Assembly: GCA_963663385.2 (NCBI GenBank)
Contig: CAXXXD010000003.1
Span: 1,152,001 to 1,216,000 of the forward strand
Direction of reading: 5' to 3'
Source: Oceanispirochaeta sp.
GTDB taxonomy: Bacteria > Spirochaetota > Spirochaetia > DSM-2461
Length of the DNA: 64,000 bases
A program made the position numbers and the translations under genes. Shown piece after piece: positions 39,002 through 49,233 of this stretch; position 1 is the stretch's first letter, and each line of letters opens with the position of its first letter. The notes under the pieces are model-generated. The model saw nothing but the letters and a program-made list of their open reading frames with translations. It did no database searches and was not told where the DNA came from.

Positions 39002-40209
39002 GATATAAAAAAAGCCAGGAAATTTTCAACAGAGCCATAGACTGTATACCCGGCGGTATCTACGGCTCCAAGAGCCCCGGATTTACCGTGCCGGGTCAAT
39101 TCCCGTACTTCTTTACAGAAGGGGAGGGATGCCGGGTAAAGGATGCTGACGGCAACAGCTATATTGACTACCTGTGTGGTTTCGGATCCATGATACTGGG
39201 GTTCGGGAATGAGGAAGTGGACAAACCTGCCATTGAACAGCTCCGGAAAGGGGACCTTCTGAACTGTCCTTCTCCTGTTATGGTGGATCTGGCGGAACGT
39301 CTGTGCAACACAATAGACGGAATGGACTGGAGTGTGTTCGCCAAAAACGGTACGGATGCCACTACGCTTGCCATTTCCCTGGCCCGGGTTCAGACAGGTA
39401 AACGCCGTGTCCTGATGGCTCAGGGGGCGTATCATGGTTCGGCTAACTGGTGTTCATCCAATGAATATCCTATTCTGGATGAAAAAGATTATGCTCATAC
39501 TTTCCCCTACGGGGATGAAGAGGCCCTGAAGGAGTTATTTTCTCTCTATAAAGATGAAATCGCCTGTATTATTCTGACTCCCTATCATCACCCTACCTTT
39601 ATCGATTCGGTTCTGCCCGAAAAAACCTGGTATCCTCTGGTAGAGTCTCTCTGTGATCAGGAGGGCTCTCTGTTTATCATGGACGATATAAGGGCCAATT
39701 TCCGTTTATCCCTGAAAGGATCCCATCACTGGTTCGGAGCTAAACCGCATATGGTCGCCATGGGGAAATCCCTGGCAAACGGATACCCCATAGCCGCCCT
39801 TATGGGCAGGAAGGAGTTGAAAAAAACCGCAGCGGGATTTTTTATAACGGGAACTTTCTGGACCTCCTCCGTTCCAATGGTGGCAGCCATGCACTGCCTT
39901 GATGCAATGGAGCGGGATAAGGTTCAGGATCATGTTTTGTCGATGGGAAAACGCTTAAAACAGGGGTTACAGGATACAGCTGGAAAAAACGGATTTGATG
40001 TTTCCCTGTCGGGTCCGGATTCTATCCCTTTTATGACATTCCGGGAAGACCCCGATCTGTATCTGAACCAGAGGTTTTCCGCTGCCATGGCTCTCAAGGG
40101 TGTCTACCTTCACCCTCACCACAACTGGTTTCTCTCATATGCTCATAAAGAGTCGGATATAGATGAAACAATCGAAAAAGCGAATGAAGCATTCAGGGAG
40201 ATCCGTTAA
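38998..40209 (+). CDS. Class III PLP aminotransferase (HemL-like fold)
   Basis: DADGNSYIDY, YHG, FIMDDIRANFR, MGKSLANGYP. Confidence 0.88.
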   Translation: MRYKKSQEIFNRAIDCIPGGIYGSKSPGFTVPGQFPYFFTEGEGCRVKDADGNSYIDYLCGFGSMILGFGNEEVDKPAIEQLRKGDLLNCPSPVMVDLAERLCNTIDGMDWSVFAKNGTDATTLAISLARVQTGKRRVLMAQGAYHGSANWCSSNEYPILDEKDYAHTFPYGDEEALKELFSLYKDEIACIILTPYHHPTFIDSVLPEKTWYPLVESLCDQEGSLFIMDDIRANFRLSLKGSHHWFGAKPHMVAMGKSLANGYPIAALMGRKELKKTAAGFFITGTFWTSSVPMVAAMHCLDAMERDKVQDHVLSMGKRLKQGLQDTAGKNGFDVSLSGPDSIPFMTFREDPDLYLNQRFSAAMALKGVYLHPHHNWFLSYAHKESDIDETIEKANEAFREIR

Positions 40210-40240
40210 GAGACAGAAGAGAACGAAGTAATAAAATGGA

Positions 40241-40269
40241 CCCCTCTCAATCTCCCCTCAAGGGGAGAA
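40241..40269. repeat. REP-like GC-rich hairpin in a convergent intergenic region
   Basis: CCCCTCTCAA-TCTCCCCT-CA-AGGGGAGA; single copy in the window. Confidence 0.35.
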
Positions 40270-40368
40270 GTCATTGTTCTTACGTTCCTACCCGGATATA
40301 CGAGCATAGTAGAGGATGAGGAGCCGGGGAGCAGGTATATAGATATTTACTTTTATTGAGGTGCTTTT

Positions 40369-41517
40369 TTAAAACACTGAAAACAGTTTAAAAACAATCA
40401 CTCCCAGGTAATTGCCTATGGCATAACCCATCAAACCGGCTGTAATGCCCGGCGCTATCAGGGAGGGGCGTTTTATGGCTAATCCTGTTACCCCTACAAA
40501 GGGCGGGGAACAGATGGCAGCGGTGCTGGCAATCAGCATGGTATCCACGTCAATCCTGAAAATTCTGCATAGAACAGCATGAATCAGCATGGAAACAAAC
40601 ACGCAAAATCCCACCAGAAGAAAAACCATGGGGGTTGCACTCAGTATGCGGGAGAAATTCCCCATGGCTCCTGTGGAAGCGCTGAATACAAGTATAAAAT
40701 ACTCTCCGAACCGGAATGTATCGGGGATATTGCGAACCTGCGGGATCAGGGATGTCAGGAGGCTGAGGGTTGTGATAATCATAATAACAACTAAAGTCTG
40801 GCTCTCCTGTTTAACAAAAAGGGTAGCTGTTCCTCCCAGACCGAAAATCAGAACAGCCAATCCAAGAGCCCCCAGCAGGGGGATCACCTTTTCTCTTGCA
40901 AAAAGTTCCCGGAAAGGCTTTATATCACTATCTGATTCCTTCATGGAAGAGAGCCCCTCCTCTTTATTTTCCTGTCTCATGAATATGGAAAATACTGTGC
41001 GTGCCGCAGTGATAACAAACATCAGGTACAGTGCGCTTAACAGGATATCCGAAGCATGAACGGCCAGGTAGAGATCCGCCGGCACTGACAGGGCCGCTCT
41101 GATAGCGGCCAGGTTCGGTGTTCCTCCGGTGTACACGCCTACCAGCATACCGGCAATTCTGGGAAAATCCGGCAGGGAAGATGCAAACAGGAACCGTCCC
41201 GCTGTCAGAGTAAGTGTAATAGACAGCGCAGCCAGGATCATGGCGGCCCCGGTTTTCCCTGATTCTCTGAACCATGTTTTTATATTGACGGAAAACAGCA
41301 TTAATGGAATGGAAAGGGCCACTGTTACAGTGGCGATTAAATCCAGTACAGGATAGGCATCATCCCCGATTATTCCGGTATTCACAAGTAGAAGGCCAAA
41401 TACATAGGCTGCAATGATAGGATTGATTCTCCTCAGGACCGGGTAGGCGGAACGGATATAATGCACACCTATGGGAAAAGTAAATACAGCTGCGGAAAGA
41501 AGCAGGGATGCGGTCAT
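40369..41517 (-). CDS. DUF819-like multi-pass membrane protein
   Basis: GVYTGGTPNL, STAAICSPPF, GYAIGNYLG motifs. Confidence 0.8.
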   Translation of the reverse strand: MTASLLLSAAVFTFPIGVHYIRSAYPVLRRINPIIAAYVFGLLLVNTGIIGDDAYPVLDLIATVTVALSIPLMLFSVNIKTWFRESGKTGAAMILAALSITLTLTAGRFLFASSLPDFPRIAGMLVGVYTGGTPNLAAIRAALSVPADLYLAVHASDILLSALYLMFVITAARTVFSIFMRQENKEEGLSSMKESDSDIKPFRELFAREKVIPLLGALGLAVLIFGLGGTATLFVKQESQTLVVIMIITTLSLLTSLIPQVRNIPDTFRFGEYFILVFSASTGAMGNFSRILSATPMVFLLVGFCVFVSMLIHAVLCRIFRIDVDTMLIASTAAICSPPFVGVTGLAIKRPSLIAPGITAGLMGYAIGNYLGVIVFKLFSVF

Positions 41518-41520
41518 GGA

Positions 41521-41841
41521 TTATTCTCCCGGGAGTTCGTAATCTACAACAACCCGATCTGAACGAACCAGCTTGTTATAGGCTGCCGCTTTTTTATGAC
41601 GGGGATCGGATCGGTATGCCTGAAGGTCATCCCAGGTATTAAAGGTGGAGACAAGGACTGCATCGTATGCCGTTGGTGATTCATTATTAATATTTACACC
41701 GACTTCAAACTCGCCTTCTCTGATCTGGGGGATAACTCCAATAAGCTCTTCCAGCTCTTTTTTTACAATTTGAATATTTTCCGATTTGCTTTTGCCTTCG
41801 GCATTCTCTTTGAAACGCCACATTACTATATGTTTAATCAT
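41521..41841 (-). CDS. Dabb family (stress-responsive A/B barrel) protein
   Basis: MIKHIVMWRFK, YDAVL.S.F...DDLQAY...P.H, VVDY. Confidence 0.88.
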   Translation of the reverse strand: MIKHIVMWRFKENAEGKSKSENIQIVKKELEELIGVIPQIREGEFEVGVNINNESPTAYDAVLVSTFNTWDDLQAYRSDPRHKKAAAYNKLVRSDRVVVDYELPGE

Positions 41842-42025
41842 GACTTATCCTATCAAATACCGGGAGTAAAAACCATAGCTTTGTAAAACCTGATTCTGAA
41901 ATATGCATTTACTTATACATAATGCTTCAGCGAAAAACGGACACCAGATAGAACCTGGATATTATCAGGTTTTGTTTGAATAGTTTGATTTGAATAATCA
42001 TCCGCGATAGTATATATTTGTTGAT

Positions 42026-42040
42026 GATAGCTTAACTATC
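42026..42040. promoter_or_regulatory. Palindromic candidate TetR operator
   Basis: GATAG-CTTAA-CTATC immediately upstream of the TetR SD. Confidence 0.4.
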
Positions 42041-42051
42041 GAAGAGGAAGT

Positions 42052-42753
42052 ATGAGTTCTGCAGCAAAAAGACGATTGGAACAGGAAAACCTGAAACTGA
42101 AAAGTAACCGGCACAGTAAAATAATCAAGTCCGTATATAAGCTGTTCTGTCAAAAGGGTATAGATAACACCACGTTTCAGGATGTGGCTGATGATTCCGA
42201 CTTTGGTGTGGCAACCATTTATAGATATTTTTCAAATAAAACGGAAATGGCAATACAGGCCGCCCTGTATAGCTGGAACACCGGCTTTATTGCACTGGCC
42301 GAAGAGAGCAGGAAACGTTATAGGGGGGGGGATCAGATATGCTCCCTGTTTTACGGTTATATCAGTCTGTTCATTACAAAACCGGAAGTATACAGATTCA
42401 TGTTAGATTTTGATAATTACATTTCCCGGCTGAATAAAAGTCCTTCAACCCTGAGTCAATATGATGAGCTGTTACAAAGCTATAATAGCCAGATTGCCGA
42501 TATGATCTCCCTGGGAGTCCGGGATGAGATACTGAAAAGCAGGGAGAATATGGGACAATATTACTCCATGATGTTTAATGCCATCGTAGCTTTTGCCCAG
42601 AAACTTCTGAATAGAAGGTCGATAGGTAACAGGGACAGGCTCTGGAAGGATGCCGAACAGATGACTTTGCTGGTGGAAACGCTTATCAGCAATATAATGA
42701 CAGTTAAAGGGATCATACATTATGAGAGATTTAAATCAACCGGAGTTAAATAA
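42052..42753 (+). CDS. TetR/AcrR family regulator
   Basis: LF..KG...TT..DVA.....GVATIYRYFSNK HTH. Confidence 0.92.
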   Translation: MSSAAKRRLEQENLKLKSNRHSKIIKSVYKLFCQKGIDNTTFQDVADDSDFGVATIYRYFSNKTEMAIQAALYSWNTGFIALAEESRKRYRGGDQICSLFYGYISLFITKPEVYRFMLDFDNYISRLNKSPSTLSQYDELLQSYNSQIADMISLGVRDEILKSRENMGQYYSMMFNAIVAFAQKLLNRRSIGNRDRLWKDAEQMTLLVETLISNIMTVKGIIHYERFKSTGVK

Positions 42754-42756
42754 CTT

Positions 42757-43470
42757 TTGAAAGAAGAAGACCTTTTCACACCGCTTCAGCTCTACCTTGA
42801 AAAGCAGGGATATTCTGTTAATGCAGAGGTCCAGGAGTGTGACCTGGTTGCCGTAAAAGGAGAAGAAATTCTTATTATTGAGTTGAAAACACGTGTCACA
42901 ACAGCCCTGCTGATACAAGCTGCACGGAGAAAGGAAATTTGTGACTCCGTCTATATTGCGGTTCCCGTCCCACCGGGAAAACACTCTCTTCCCAACCAGA
43001 AAGGGTTAAGTACCCTGTTAAAGCAGTTGGAGGTAGGACTGATACTGGTCCGCTTTCTGAAGACAAAAACCAGAATTGAAGTCACTCTTCATCCACGACC
43101 ATACAAGCAGAGAATGAGGAGAAAAAAGAAAGCCGCAATCCTGCATGAAATCGACGGCCGATACGGAGAATTCCATAAGGGGGGAATTCCAGTAACGAAA
43201 GAAAAAATCACTGCGTACAAACAGGAGTCAATTAAGATAGGTTTTATTTTACGGGATTCTGGTCCCCTTTCTCCTAAATCAGTCAGGGAGAAGGGGGGCC
43301 ATGCCAATAAAGCTCAGAGTATCCTGTCAAAAAACGTTTATGGCTGGTTTGATAACCCTTCCCGGGGGGTGTATCAATTAAACGGGGAAGGTAATGAAGC
43401 GTTAGGTCGCTATGAGTCAGAATTCCCGGGAATAAGAGACGCTGTCCTGATTTGTAAAAAAGATAGCTAA
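42757..43470 (+). CDS. DUF2161-like PD-(D/E)XK-fold protein
   Basis: EEDLF.P, EV..CDLVA, IIELK, TAY.Q, NVYGWF....RGVY.L...G; TTG start. Confidence 0.8.
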   Translation: MKEEDLFTPLQLYLEKQGYSVNAEVQECDLVAVKGEEILIIELKTRVTTALLIQAARRKEICDSVYIAVPVPPGKHSLPNQKGLSTLLKQLEVGLILVRFLKTKTRIEVTLHPRPYKQRMRRKKKAAILHEIDGRYGEFHKGGIPVTKEKITAYKQESIKIGFILRDSGPLSPKSVREKGGHANKAQSILSKNVYGWFDNPSRGVYQLNGEGNEALGRYESEFPGIRDAVLICKKDS

Positions 43471-44861
43471 ACCTGACGAATACTCATTACACCTTGCTGA
43501 AGCTTTTTTATTGTATTTGATACCAGAGCAATACTGAAAAAACCTGTTATTACAGTCCCTGTATTTATTCCCCACCAGACTCCTTCAATGCCCATGTGAA
43601 AAACTTTTACATATAGATAGGAAATGGGAAGAGACAGGAGCAGGGTCCGCAGGAGGGTAAGGAGAAAGGCCGGAACAGGGTAGCCGATGGCTTGAAAAAA
43701 ATTCCTGTTTACAATCCCGGTGAGGGCAAATATATAAAGCAGTTCCATTGTATAAGTCTGTCGAACGGCATAATTCACAACAGATGGGATATCAGAGAAC
43801 ACGGCATAGATACGGGAAGCCCCTGCCATCATAATAAGAGCGAGCAACACTGTCGTAACAACCCCTGTCACCCAGCTTGTTTTCATAATGATACTGATCC
43901 GGTCAAAATTTCCCCGACCTCCATTCTGTCCTGCCATGGTTATTACTGCTGCTCCAAGAGCAAATCCCGGCATTAATACAAGGTGTTCAAACCGGCCAAA
44001 GAGGCTGAACGCTGTCAGAGCAAGAGGATCTATCCCAACAACCAGTCTGTTGAAGAAGAGAAAACTGACGGCCATCATAATCATTGCCATAGCCTGGGGG
44101 AATCCTATCACAATAATTTTATTAATCACATTCTTTCGTATATTCCGGATTTTCCACTGTATTCTGACGGAAGACTGATTTTTCAGAAACACCATCAGCA
44201 CATAGAAAAAACTCCCTATCTGACCCAGTACTGTAGCCAGAGCGGCACCTCTGACATCCAGTTTCATATAGAAAATAAAAACAGGATCCAGAATGATATT
44301 TATTACTGTTCCCAGTATCATTGAATTCATAACGTGCTTCATCAGTCCTTCTCCCTGCAGGATTCCGATCAGGGTACTGCCTGTAAATATAAAAAAGGCC
44401 GCAGGGAGCAGATAAATAAGATAATCGTAGCCATGACGGTAGTAGTCACCCTCAGCTCCCAGGAGGTGAACGAGCTGTTCTCCTCCGAATAAGAAGACTG
44501 CAACCGAGATAAAGGAAAGCAGAAGCCCAATAAAAAGACCGGACTCTGCTGTTTTATCCAGCACTTCGTGGTTGTTTTCTCCGATTGCCCTTGCAACCAG
44601 GGAACTGACACCAATTGAGAGGCCGTTTCCCAGAGCAATGAATAGAAATATTAAAGGGAATATCAATCCGACTCCACCCACATAGGAGGGATCCTTCAAA
44701 TCTATCCGGCTGACAAAAAAAGTATCAGTTATATTGTAAAAAAGCTGAAATGCCATTCCAGCCAGGATAGGTAAGCTTAGGCGGATTAATACGGGTCTTA
44801 CAGGCCCCTCAAACATCCCGGGTATTTCCTGGCTTCTTTTATTGTTTTTTTCACTGTTCAT
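43467..44861 (-). CDS. MATE family efflux transporter
   Basis: LSLP.......YNITDTFFV, NIILDPVFI, GAALAT, GIEGVW. Confidence 0.92.
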   Translation of the reverse strand: MNSEKNNKRSQEIPGMFEGPVRPVLIRLSLPILAGMAFQLFYNITDTFFVSRIDLKDPSYVGGVGLIFPLIFLFIALGNGLSIGVSSLVARAIGENNHEVLDKTAESGLFIGLLLSFISVAVFLFGGEQLVHLLGAEGDYYRHGYDYLIYLLPAAFFIFTGSTLIGILQGEGLMKHVMNSMILGTVINIILDPVFIFYMKLDVRGAALATVLGQIGSFFYVLMVFLKNQSSVRIQWKIRNIRKNVINKIIVIGFPQAMAMIMMAVSFLFFNRLVVGIDPLALTAFSLFGRFEHLVLMPGFALGAAVITMAGQNGGRGNFDRISIIMKTSWVTGVVTTVLLALIMMAGASRIYAVFSDIPSVVNYAVRQTYTMELLYIFALTGIVNRNFFQAIGYPVPAFLLTLLRTLLLSLPISYLYVKVFHMGIEGVWWGINTGTVITGFFSIALVSNTIKKLQQGVMSIRQV

Positions 44862-44942
44862 TAATAACTCCCTGATTGACTTTTACTATACAGTTATTTG
44901 CTTTTTTTTTGCAATTATCCCATAGGAGTGATAAAACTGCTG

Positions 44943-44976
44943 AGATGTTTTATGAAAGCACTTTCATAAAACATCT
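44943..44976. promoter_or_regulatory. 34 bp palindrome with a LacI/cre-like core
   Basis: AGATGTTTTATGAAAG-CA-CTTTCATAAAACATCT with perfect 16 bp arms; core TGAAAGCACTTTCA. Confidence 0.7.
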
Positions 44977-45021
44977 TTCTTTGCTAATATTCTTAAATAT
45001 AATCAGGGGAGGACTCATAAA

Positions 45022-45927
45022 ATGGAGCGGGATAATAAGTGGGTTAAACCAATAATTGAGGAAGAAAGGATTGTTCATGGTGATATGCCGGGTGACAGAA
45101 TTCAAATTGGAGAGTCCCATATCGTACGGGCTGATGTGGTTTATCCCTTTATAAATGCCTTCCTGAAAAAAAGGAACAGGAATAGAACTGTAATTTCTGT
45201 ATTTGGCGGCTCCGGAGTGGGAAAATCCGAAATAGGTTCCCTTCTTGCCTATTATTGTCGGGAAGCATCCTTTCCCGCTTATGTTCTTTCCGGTGATAAC
45301 TATCCCTATCGTATTCCCTCTCAAAACGATGCGGAGCGGCTCAATGTATACCGTTTAGCTGCTCTTACCGCTATGTCCCGGGCAAAAGGTTTCTGTAACA
45401 GCTGGGATAGGATGATTCATGGAAAATGGTCCTCCTGCGAAGATGCCGATCCGGATATTGTGACTGAACCGGGGATAAAAACCTATCAGAAAGCAGGACG
45501 TGATGCCCTTTCCGGTTATCTGGGATCGGATAGGGAGATTGATTTTTCTCTGATAAATTCCATCATTGAGGATTTTAAAAGCGGAAAAGATAAAATTGTA
45601 TTGAAGCGGATGGGACGGGTCCCGGATGATATCCACTTTGAAGCAGTCGATTTCAGGTCTGTTGACGTGCTGATTATTGAGTGGACCCATGGTAACAATC
45701 CAGCTCTTAAAGGAGTTGATTTTCCTGTCTTTCTCTATAGCACACCTGAGGAAACCCTGGCGCATCGCCTTTCGAGAGGCCGGGATAAAGGAGTTGACAA
45801 CCCATTTACAAAACTTGTGCTCCAGCTGGAGCAGGAGAAGCTGAATAAATACGCTCAATCAGCCCGGTTGATTGTTTCAGAAACAGGAGAAGTCATATCA
45901 TACGGGGATATAAAAAAAGGGGAATAA
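45022..45927 (+). CDS. P-loop kinase (uridine kinase/PRK-like), putative sugar kinase
   Basis: GGSGVGKS Walker A, SGDNY, VLIIEWTH; GGAGG SD. Confidence 0.75.
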   Translation: MERDNKWVKPIIEEERIVHGDMPGDRIQIGESHIVRADVVYPFINAFLKKRNRNRTVISVFGGSGVGKSEIGSLLAYYCREASFPAYVLSGDNYPYRIPSQNDAERLNVYRLAALTAMSRAKGFCNSWDRMIHGKWSSCEDADPDIVTEPGIKTYQKAGRDALSGYLGSDREIDFSLINSIIEDFKSGKDKIVLKRMGRVPDDIHFEAVDFRSVDVLIIEWTHGNNPALKGVDFPVFLYSTPEETLAHRLSRGRDKGVDNPFTKLVLQLEQEKLNKYAQSARLIVSETGEVISYGDIKKGE

Positions 45928-45932
45928 AAAAC

Positions 45933-47642
45933 ATGATAAACGGGGATAAAAGAGAAATCGCTGACGGGGTTATGCTGAATGTTTATCCAGACAGCTGCGG
46001 CGGGAATCTGGGAAATCTGATCAAGCTGCTGAAAAAAAAGGATATGCAGGATCTTTTTTCCTATATTTATATACTCCCTTCCATGTTCCGATCAGACCTG
46101 GATCGCGGTTTTTCAGTAATATCCTATGATATAGAGGATTCTCTGGTCCGGAATAAAGATTTGAAAGCCCTTCAGAACATGGGGATCTCACTTAAACTGG
46201 ACTTTGTATTAAATCATCTTTCTGTACAATCCCCTCAATTCAGGGATCTTCTGGACAAAGGAGACGAATCATCTTATGTGGATTTCTTTATAGACTGGAA
46301 TAAATTCTGGGAAGGTCACGGAGAATACTCTCCCCAGGGATATATTATTCCCAATGATGAATATCTGCAGAAGCTCTTTATGAGAAAACCCGGCCTGCCC
46401 ATTCTGAAAATACCTTTTCCCGATGGAAGCTACAGGTTTTACTGGAATACTTTTTATCAGAAAATCAGTTATATTATGCCTCAAAAGGATGATCTGCTTA
46501 CAATCCCCGGAATCGATATATCTAACCTTGACTCCCTGTATTCATTGATCGAAAAGGCTTATCGGAATTCAACTCCCTGGGAAGATATTGCATGGGAGTC
46601 GTTTACACCCTTAAAACAGGGGATACTGAAATTCCTGAATATCAGCTGTACCGAATACCTCGGGCAGATGGATCTGAATGCCCGTTCCGAGGCTGTCTGG
46701 AGTTTTTATAAGGAAACTTTTCGAAAGCTGAAGGATTATGGCGCCAGTATCGTACGGCTGGATGCCTTTGCCTATCTGCATAAGCAGATTGGAATGAGTA
46801 ATTTCTTTAACAGTCCGGGAACCTGGGATCATCTGGACCGAATCCAAAGTATGGCTGATGAGCATAATATAACCCTTCTGCCTGAGATCCACTCAACCTA
46901 TGAAGAAGGAATTCATGAAAAACTGGCGGAAAAGGGATATCCCATTTATGATTTTTTCTTCCCGGCGCTTCTGATAGATGCTATTGAAAAAATGGATGGG
47001 ACCAGACTGGTTTCATGGATTAATGAAATTGTACGCAGGGGTTTTAAAACTGTTAATATGCTGGGCTGCCATGACGGAATTCCGGTACTTGATATAAAAG
47101 GTTACCTTCAGGAGCTGGAGATTGAAGAAATGATAGATCTGATAAAAAGTCGCGGAGGAAGGGTTAAAGGCCTTTATGGACCGGATGGCAGCAAAATATC
47201 CTATTATCAGGTTAATGCAGCCTATTTCAGCGCTTTAAATGGAATCCCTCAGAAAATGCTTCTGGCCAGGGCCGTTCAGATATTTATGCCGGGTATACCG
47301 GAGGTATGGTATCTGGATCTGTTTGGTGGCAAGAATGATTATGCCGCGGCCGATACAATCGGTCATAAGGACATAAACAGAACAAATCTTTCTATGGCAG
47401 AGGTTGAATCATTGTTGAAAACAGACCTGGTGAAGAAGCAGATTTCTCTGCTTAAATTCAGAAATACATTTCCTGCATTCGGGTTTGACAGTAACTGCCA
47501 AACGGAAATAACCAGAGAAAGGATCCTTCAGATCCGTTGGGAGAAAGAGGGATCAATCGCTGTATTTAAAACTGATTTGAAGGATTACAGCTATGAAATC
47601 TTATACGGGAAAAAAGGAAAGTCTCTGAAAGTGCTTGACTGA
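45933..47642 (+). CDS. GH13_18 glycoside phosphorylase (sucrose phosphorylase family)
   Basis: DRGF, DFVLNH, RLDAFAY (nucleophile), LPEIH (acid/base), CHDGIP, YYQVN, GHKDINR. Confidence 0.88.
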   Translation: MINGDKREIADGVMLNVYPDSCGGNLGNLIKLLKKKDMQDLFSYIYILPSMFRSDLDRGFSVISYDIEDSLVRNKDLKALQNMGISLKLDFVLNHLSVQSPQFRDLLDKGDESSYVDFFIDWNKFWEGHGEYSPQGYIIPNDEYLQKLFMRKPGLPILKIPFPDGSYRFYWNTFYQKISYIMPQKDDLLTIPGIDISNLDSLYSLIEKAYRNSTPWEDIAWESFTPLKQGILKFLNISCTEYLGQMDLNARSEAVWSFYKETFRKLKDYGASIVRLDAFAYLHKQIGMSNFFNSPGTWDHLDRIQSMADEHNITLLPEIHSTYEEGIHEKLAEKGYPIYDFFFPALLIDAIEKMDGTRLVSWINEIVRRGFKTVNMLGCHDGIPVLDIKGYLQELEIEEMIDLIKSRGGRVKGLYGPDGSKISYYQVNAAYFSALNGIPQKMLLARAVQIFMPGIPEVWYLDLFGGKNDYAAADTIGHKDINRTNLSMAEVESLLKTDLVKKQISLLKFRNTFPAFGFDSNCQTEITRERILQIRWEKEGSIAVFKTDLKDYSYEILYGKKGKSLKVLD

Positions 47643-47718
47643 TCTGAATTAAGAGCATGTAATTCCAGCATTTTATATAGTAAAGTGAGATTCTATCTGG
47701 AATTAACCCCGGGATATA

Positions 47719-47760
47719 AACAAGAGGATACTATTGTTTATACAACAGTATCCCCTTGTT
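47719..47760. terminator. Hairpin between convergent genes
   Basis: AACAAGAGGATACT...AGTATCCCCTTGTT imperfect inverted repeat. Confidence 0.55.
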
Positions 47761-47805
47761 GAAAGTAAATTTACCAATATGCTCTAAATTGATACGGTTT
47801 AGAAA

Positions 47806-49233
47806 TTAGTTATCCTGTTTCTTACCTTTTATAATATACTCGACAACATCTTTGGCGGAAAAATCGAGTCCTTTACCCAAAAGGTCTTTGATCGAATCCA
47901 CTTTTGAACCAATAGTTATCAGGGCTTTTTCCATAGTCCCGTCGTTATACTCGGTAGGCAAGCCGACAGTCGCAAGAAGAGCATTACAGAGACAGCGTTT
48001 ACCAGATTCATTAGAATTGCCGCCTTTTTTAACAAATATCTCTCTTGATTCGGCGGGACAACGGTATCCTACAGAACCATCATCTTTTTTATAAAGGTTT
48101 CTCAAGTAACCCAAATTACAGATTTTCTTTCTGTTTTCAAAAAGGTTCTTTTCTGAAATCGTATCCAGCACCTTCATCACCTTAAAAGGAAAACCTGTAG
48201 GAGAAGCGTTGATGTCCGTATATATATCAGTGTCATTATTCCTGATTTTTTCCAGAATTCTCTTTTTAAGATCCGGGATGATTCCGGACTCCCGACAGAG
48301 AGCAAATGCTGATCCGACCTGAATTCCGTTAGCTCCGGATGCAAGAGCTGCTTTTAACTTTCCCGGGGTACCATAGGAACCCGCCAGCCAGAAGGGGAGA
48401 CCAAGATCTTTGATTTTTTCGGTATCAATTTCATCTCTGTCTCCATAGACAGGTTCTCCATGATCATCAAGGATCATCTTTCCCCGGGGAGGTGCATTAT
48501 GTCCACCTGCTTTATGATTCTCTATTATCAAACCGTCAATGGGTCCGCTTGCTTTTTTTGCCATGAGAGTCGCCAGAAAATTGGATGAAACAATCGGCAT
48601 AAACTTTGGCAGTTCCAGGGTCGGAAGTTTTTTTCCGAAGAGAGAAGTCGGGTCAAAACTGGTAAAAAAATTATCTTCCTTTGAAGCCCCTTCTACATTC
48701 ACTTTCATGGATGTTTTACAGTTATCTGCAAGCTTTCTGATGATTCCCGGAATTTCAAGGGGAATCCCTGCTCCAATAATTATATAGTCAACACCAGCCA
48801 GCAGGGCTCCATAAAGAGAAGGCAGACTGGGAAGTTGAACTTTTTCAAGGTAGTTAACCCCAATTTTACCTTTATGCCCCTCTTTTGCCAGATAGGCCTC
48901 AGTAAAATTGGCAGCAACGGTCAGCTCATTTAAATCATCATTGTTCTCAATGGAGAATTGGGGAATCGATTTGTAGTGGTGCCTATTGCTTATCCCGCCG
49001 GAAACAAAATATTTATCCAGAATCCGTTTTGCCGTATCCCTGAATGGAAAAGCGGCAAGGGCTCTCCTCATATGCCCGCCGGGATCCCCATCCTGCAATC
49101 TGCGGGCTAAAACAGAATCAAGGCTGGTACCGGAAATTACGCCTAACTGGCCTGTTTTTGACACTTCTCTTGCCAGCAGCCAGTTGGAAACCCCGATACC
49201 CATACCGCCCTGTATTATCATTGGATGACTCAT
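47806..49233 (-). CDS. Nitronate monooxygenase/2-nitropropane dioxygenase-like flavoprotein
   Basis: IIQGGMGIGVS, GAGIP, AGGHN, GIQVGSAF, SPTGFPF; Cys cluster in the C-terminus. Confidence 0.85.
   Translation of the reverse strand: MSHPMIIQGGMGIGVSNWLLAREVSKTGQLGVISGTSLDSVLARRLQDGDPGGHMRRALAAFPFRDTAKRILDKYFVSGGISNRHHYKSIPQFSIENNDDLNELTVAANFTEAYLAKEGHKGKIGVNYLEKVQLPSLPSLYGALLAGVDYIIIGAGIPLEIPGIIRKLADNCKTSMKVNVEGASKEDNFFTSFDPTSLFGKKLPTLELPKFMPIVSSNFLATLMAKKASGPIDGLIIENHKAGGHNAPPRGKMILDDHGEPVYGDRDEIDTEKIKDLGLPFWLAGSYGTPGKLKAALASGANGIQVGSAFALCRESGIIPDLKKRILEKIRNNDTDIYTDINASPTGFPFKVMKVLDTISEKNLFENRKKICNLGYLRNLYKKDDGSVGYRCPAESREIFVKKGGNSNESGKRCLCNALLATVGLPTEYNDGTMEKALITIGSKVDSIKDLLGKGLDFSAKDVVEYIIKGKKQDN

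Noticed and set aside
38998..40209. Naming this gene hemL
   Set aside because: Signature motifs diverge and there is no tetrapyrrole gene context
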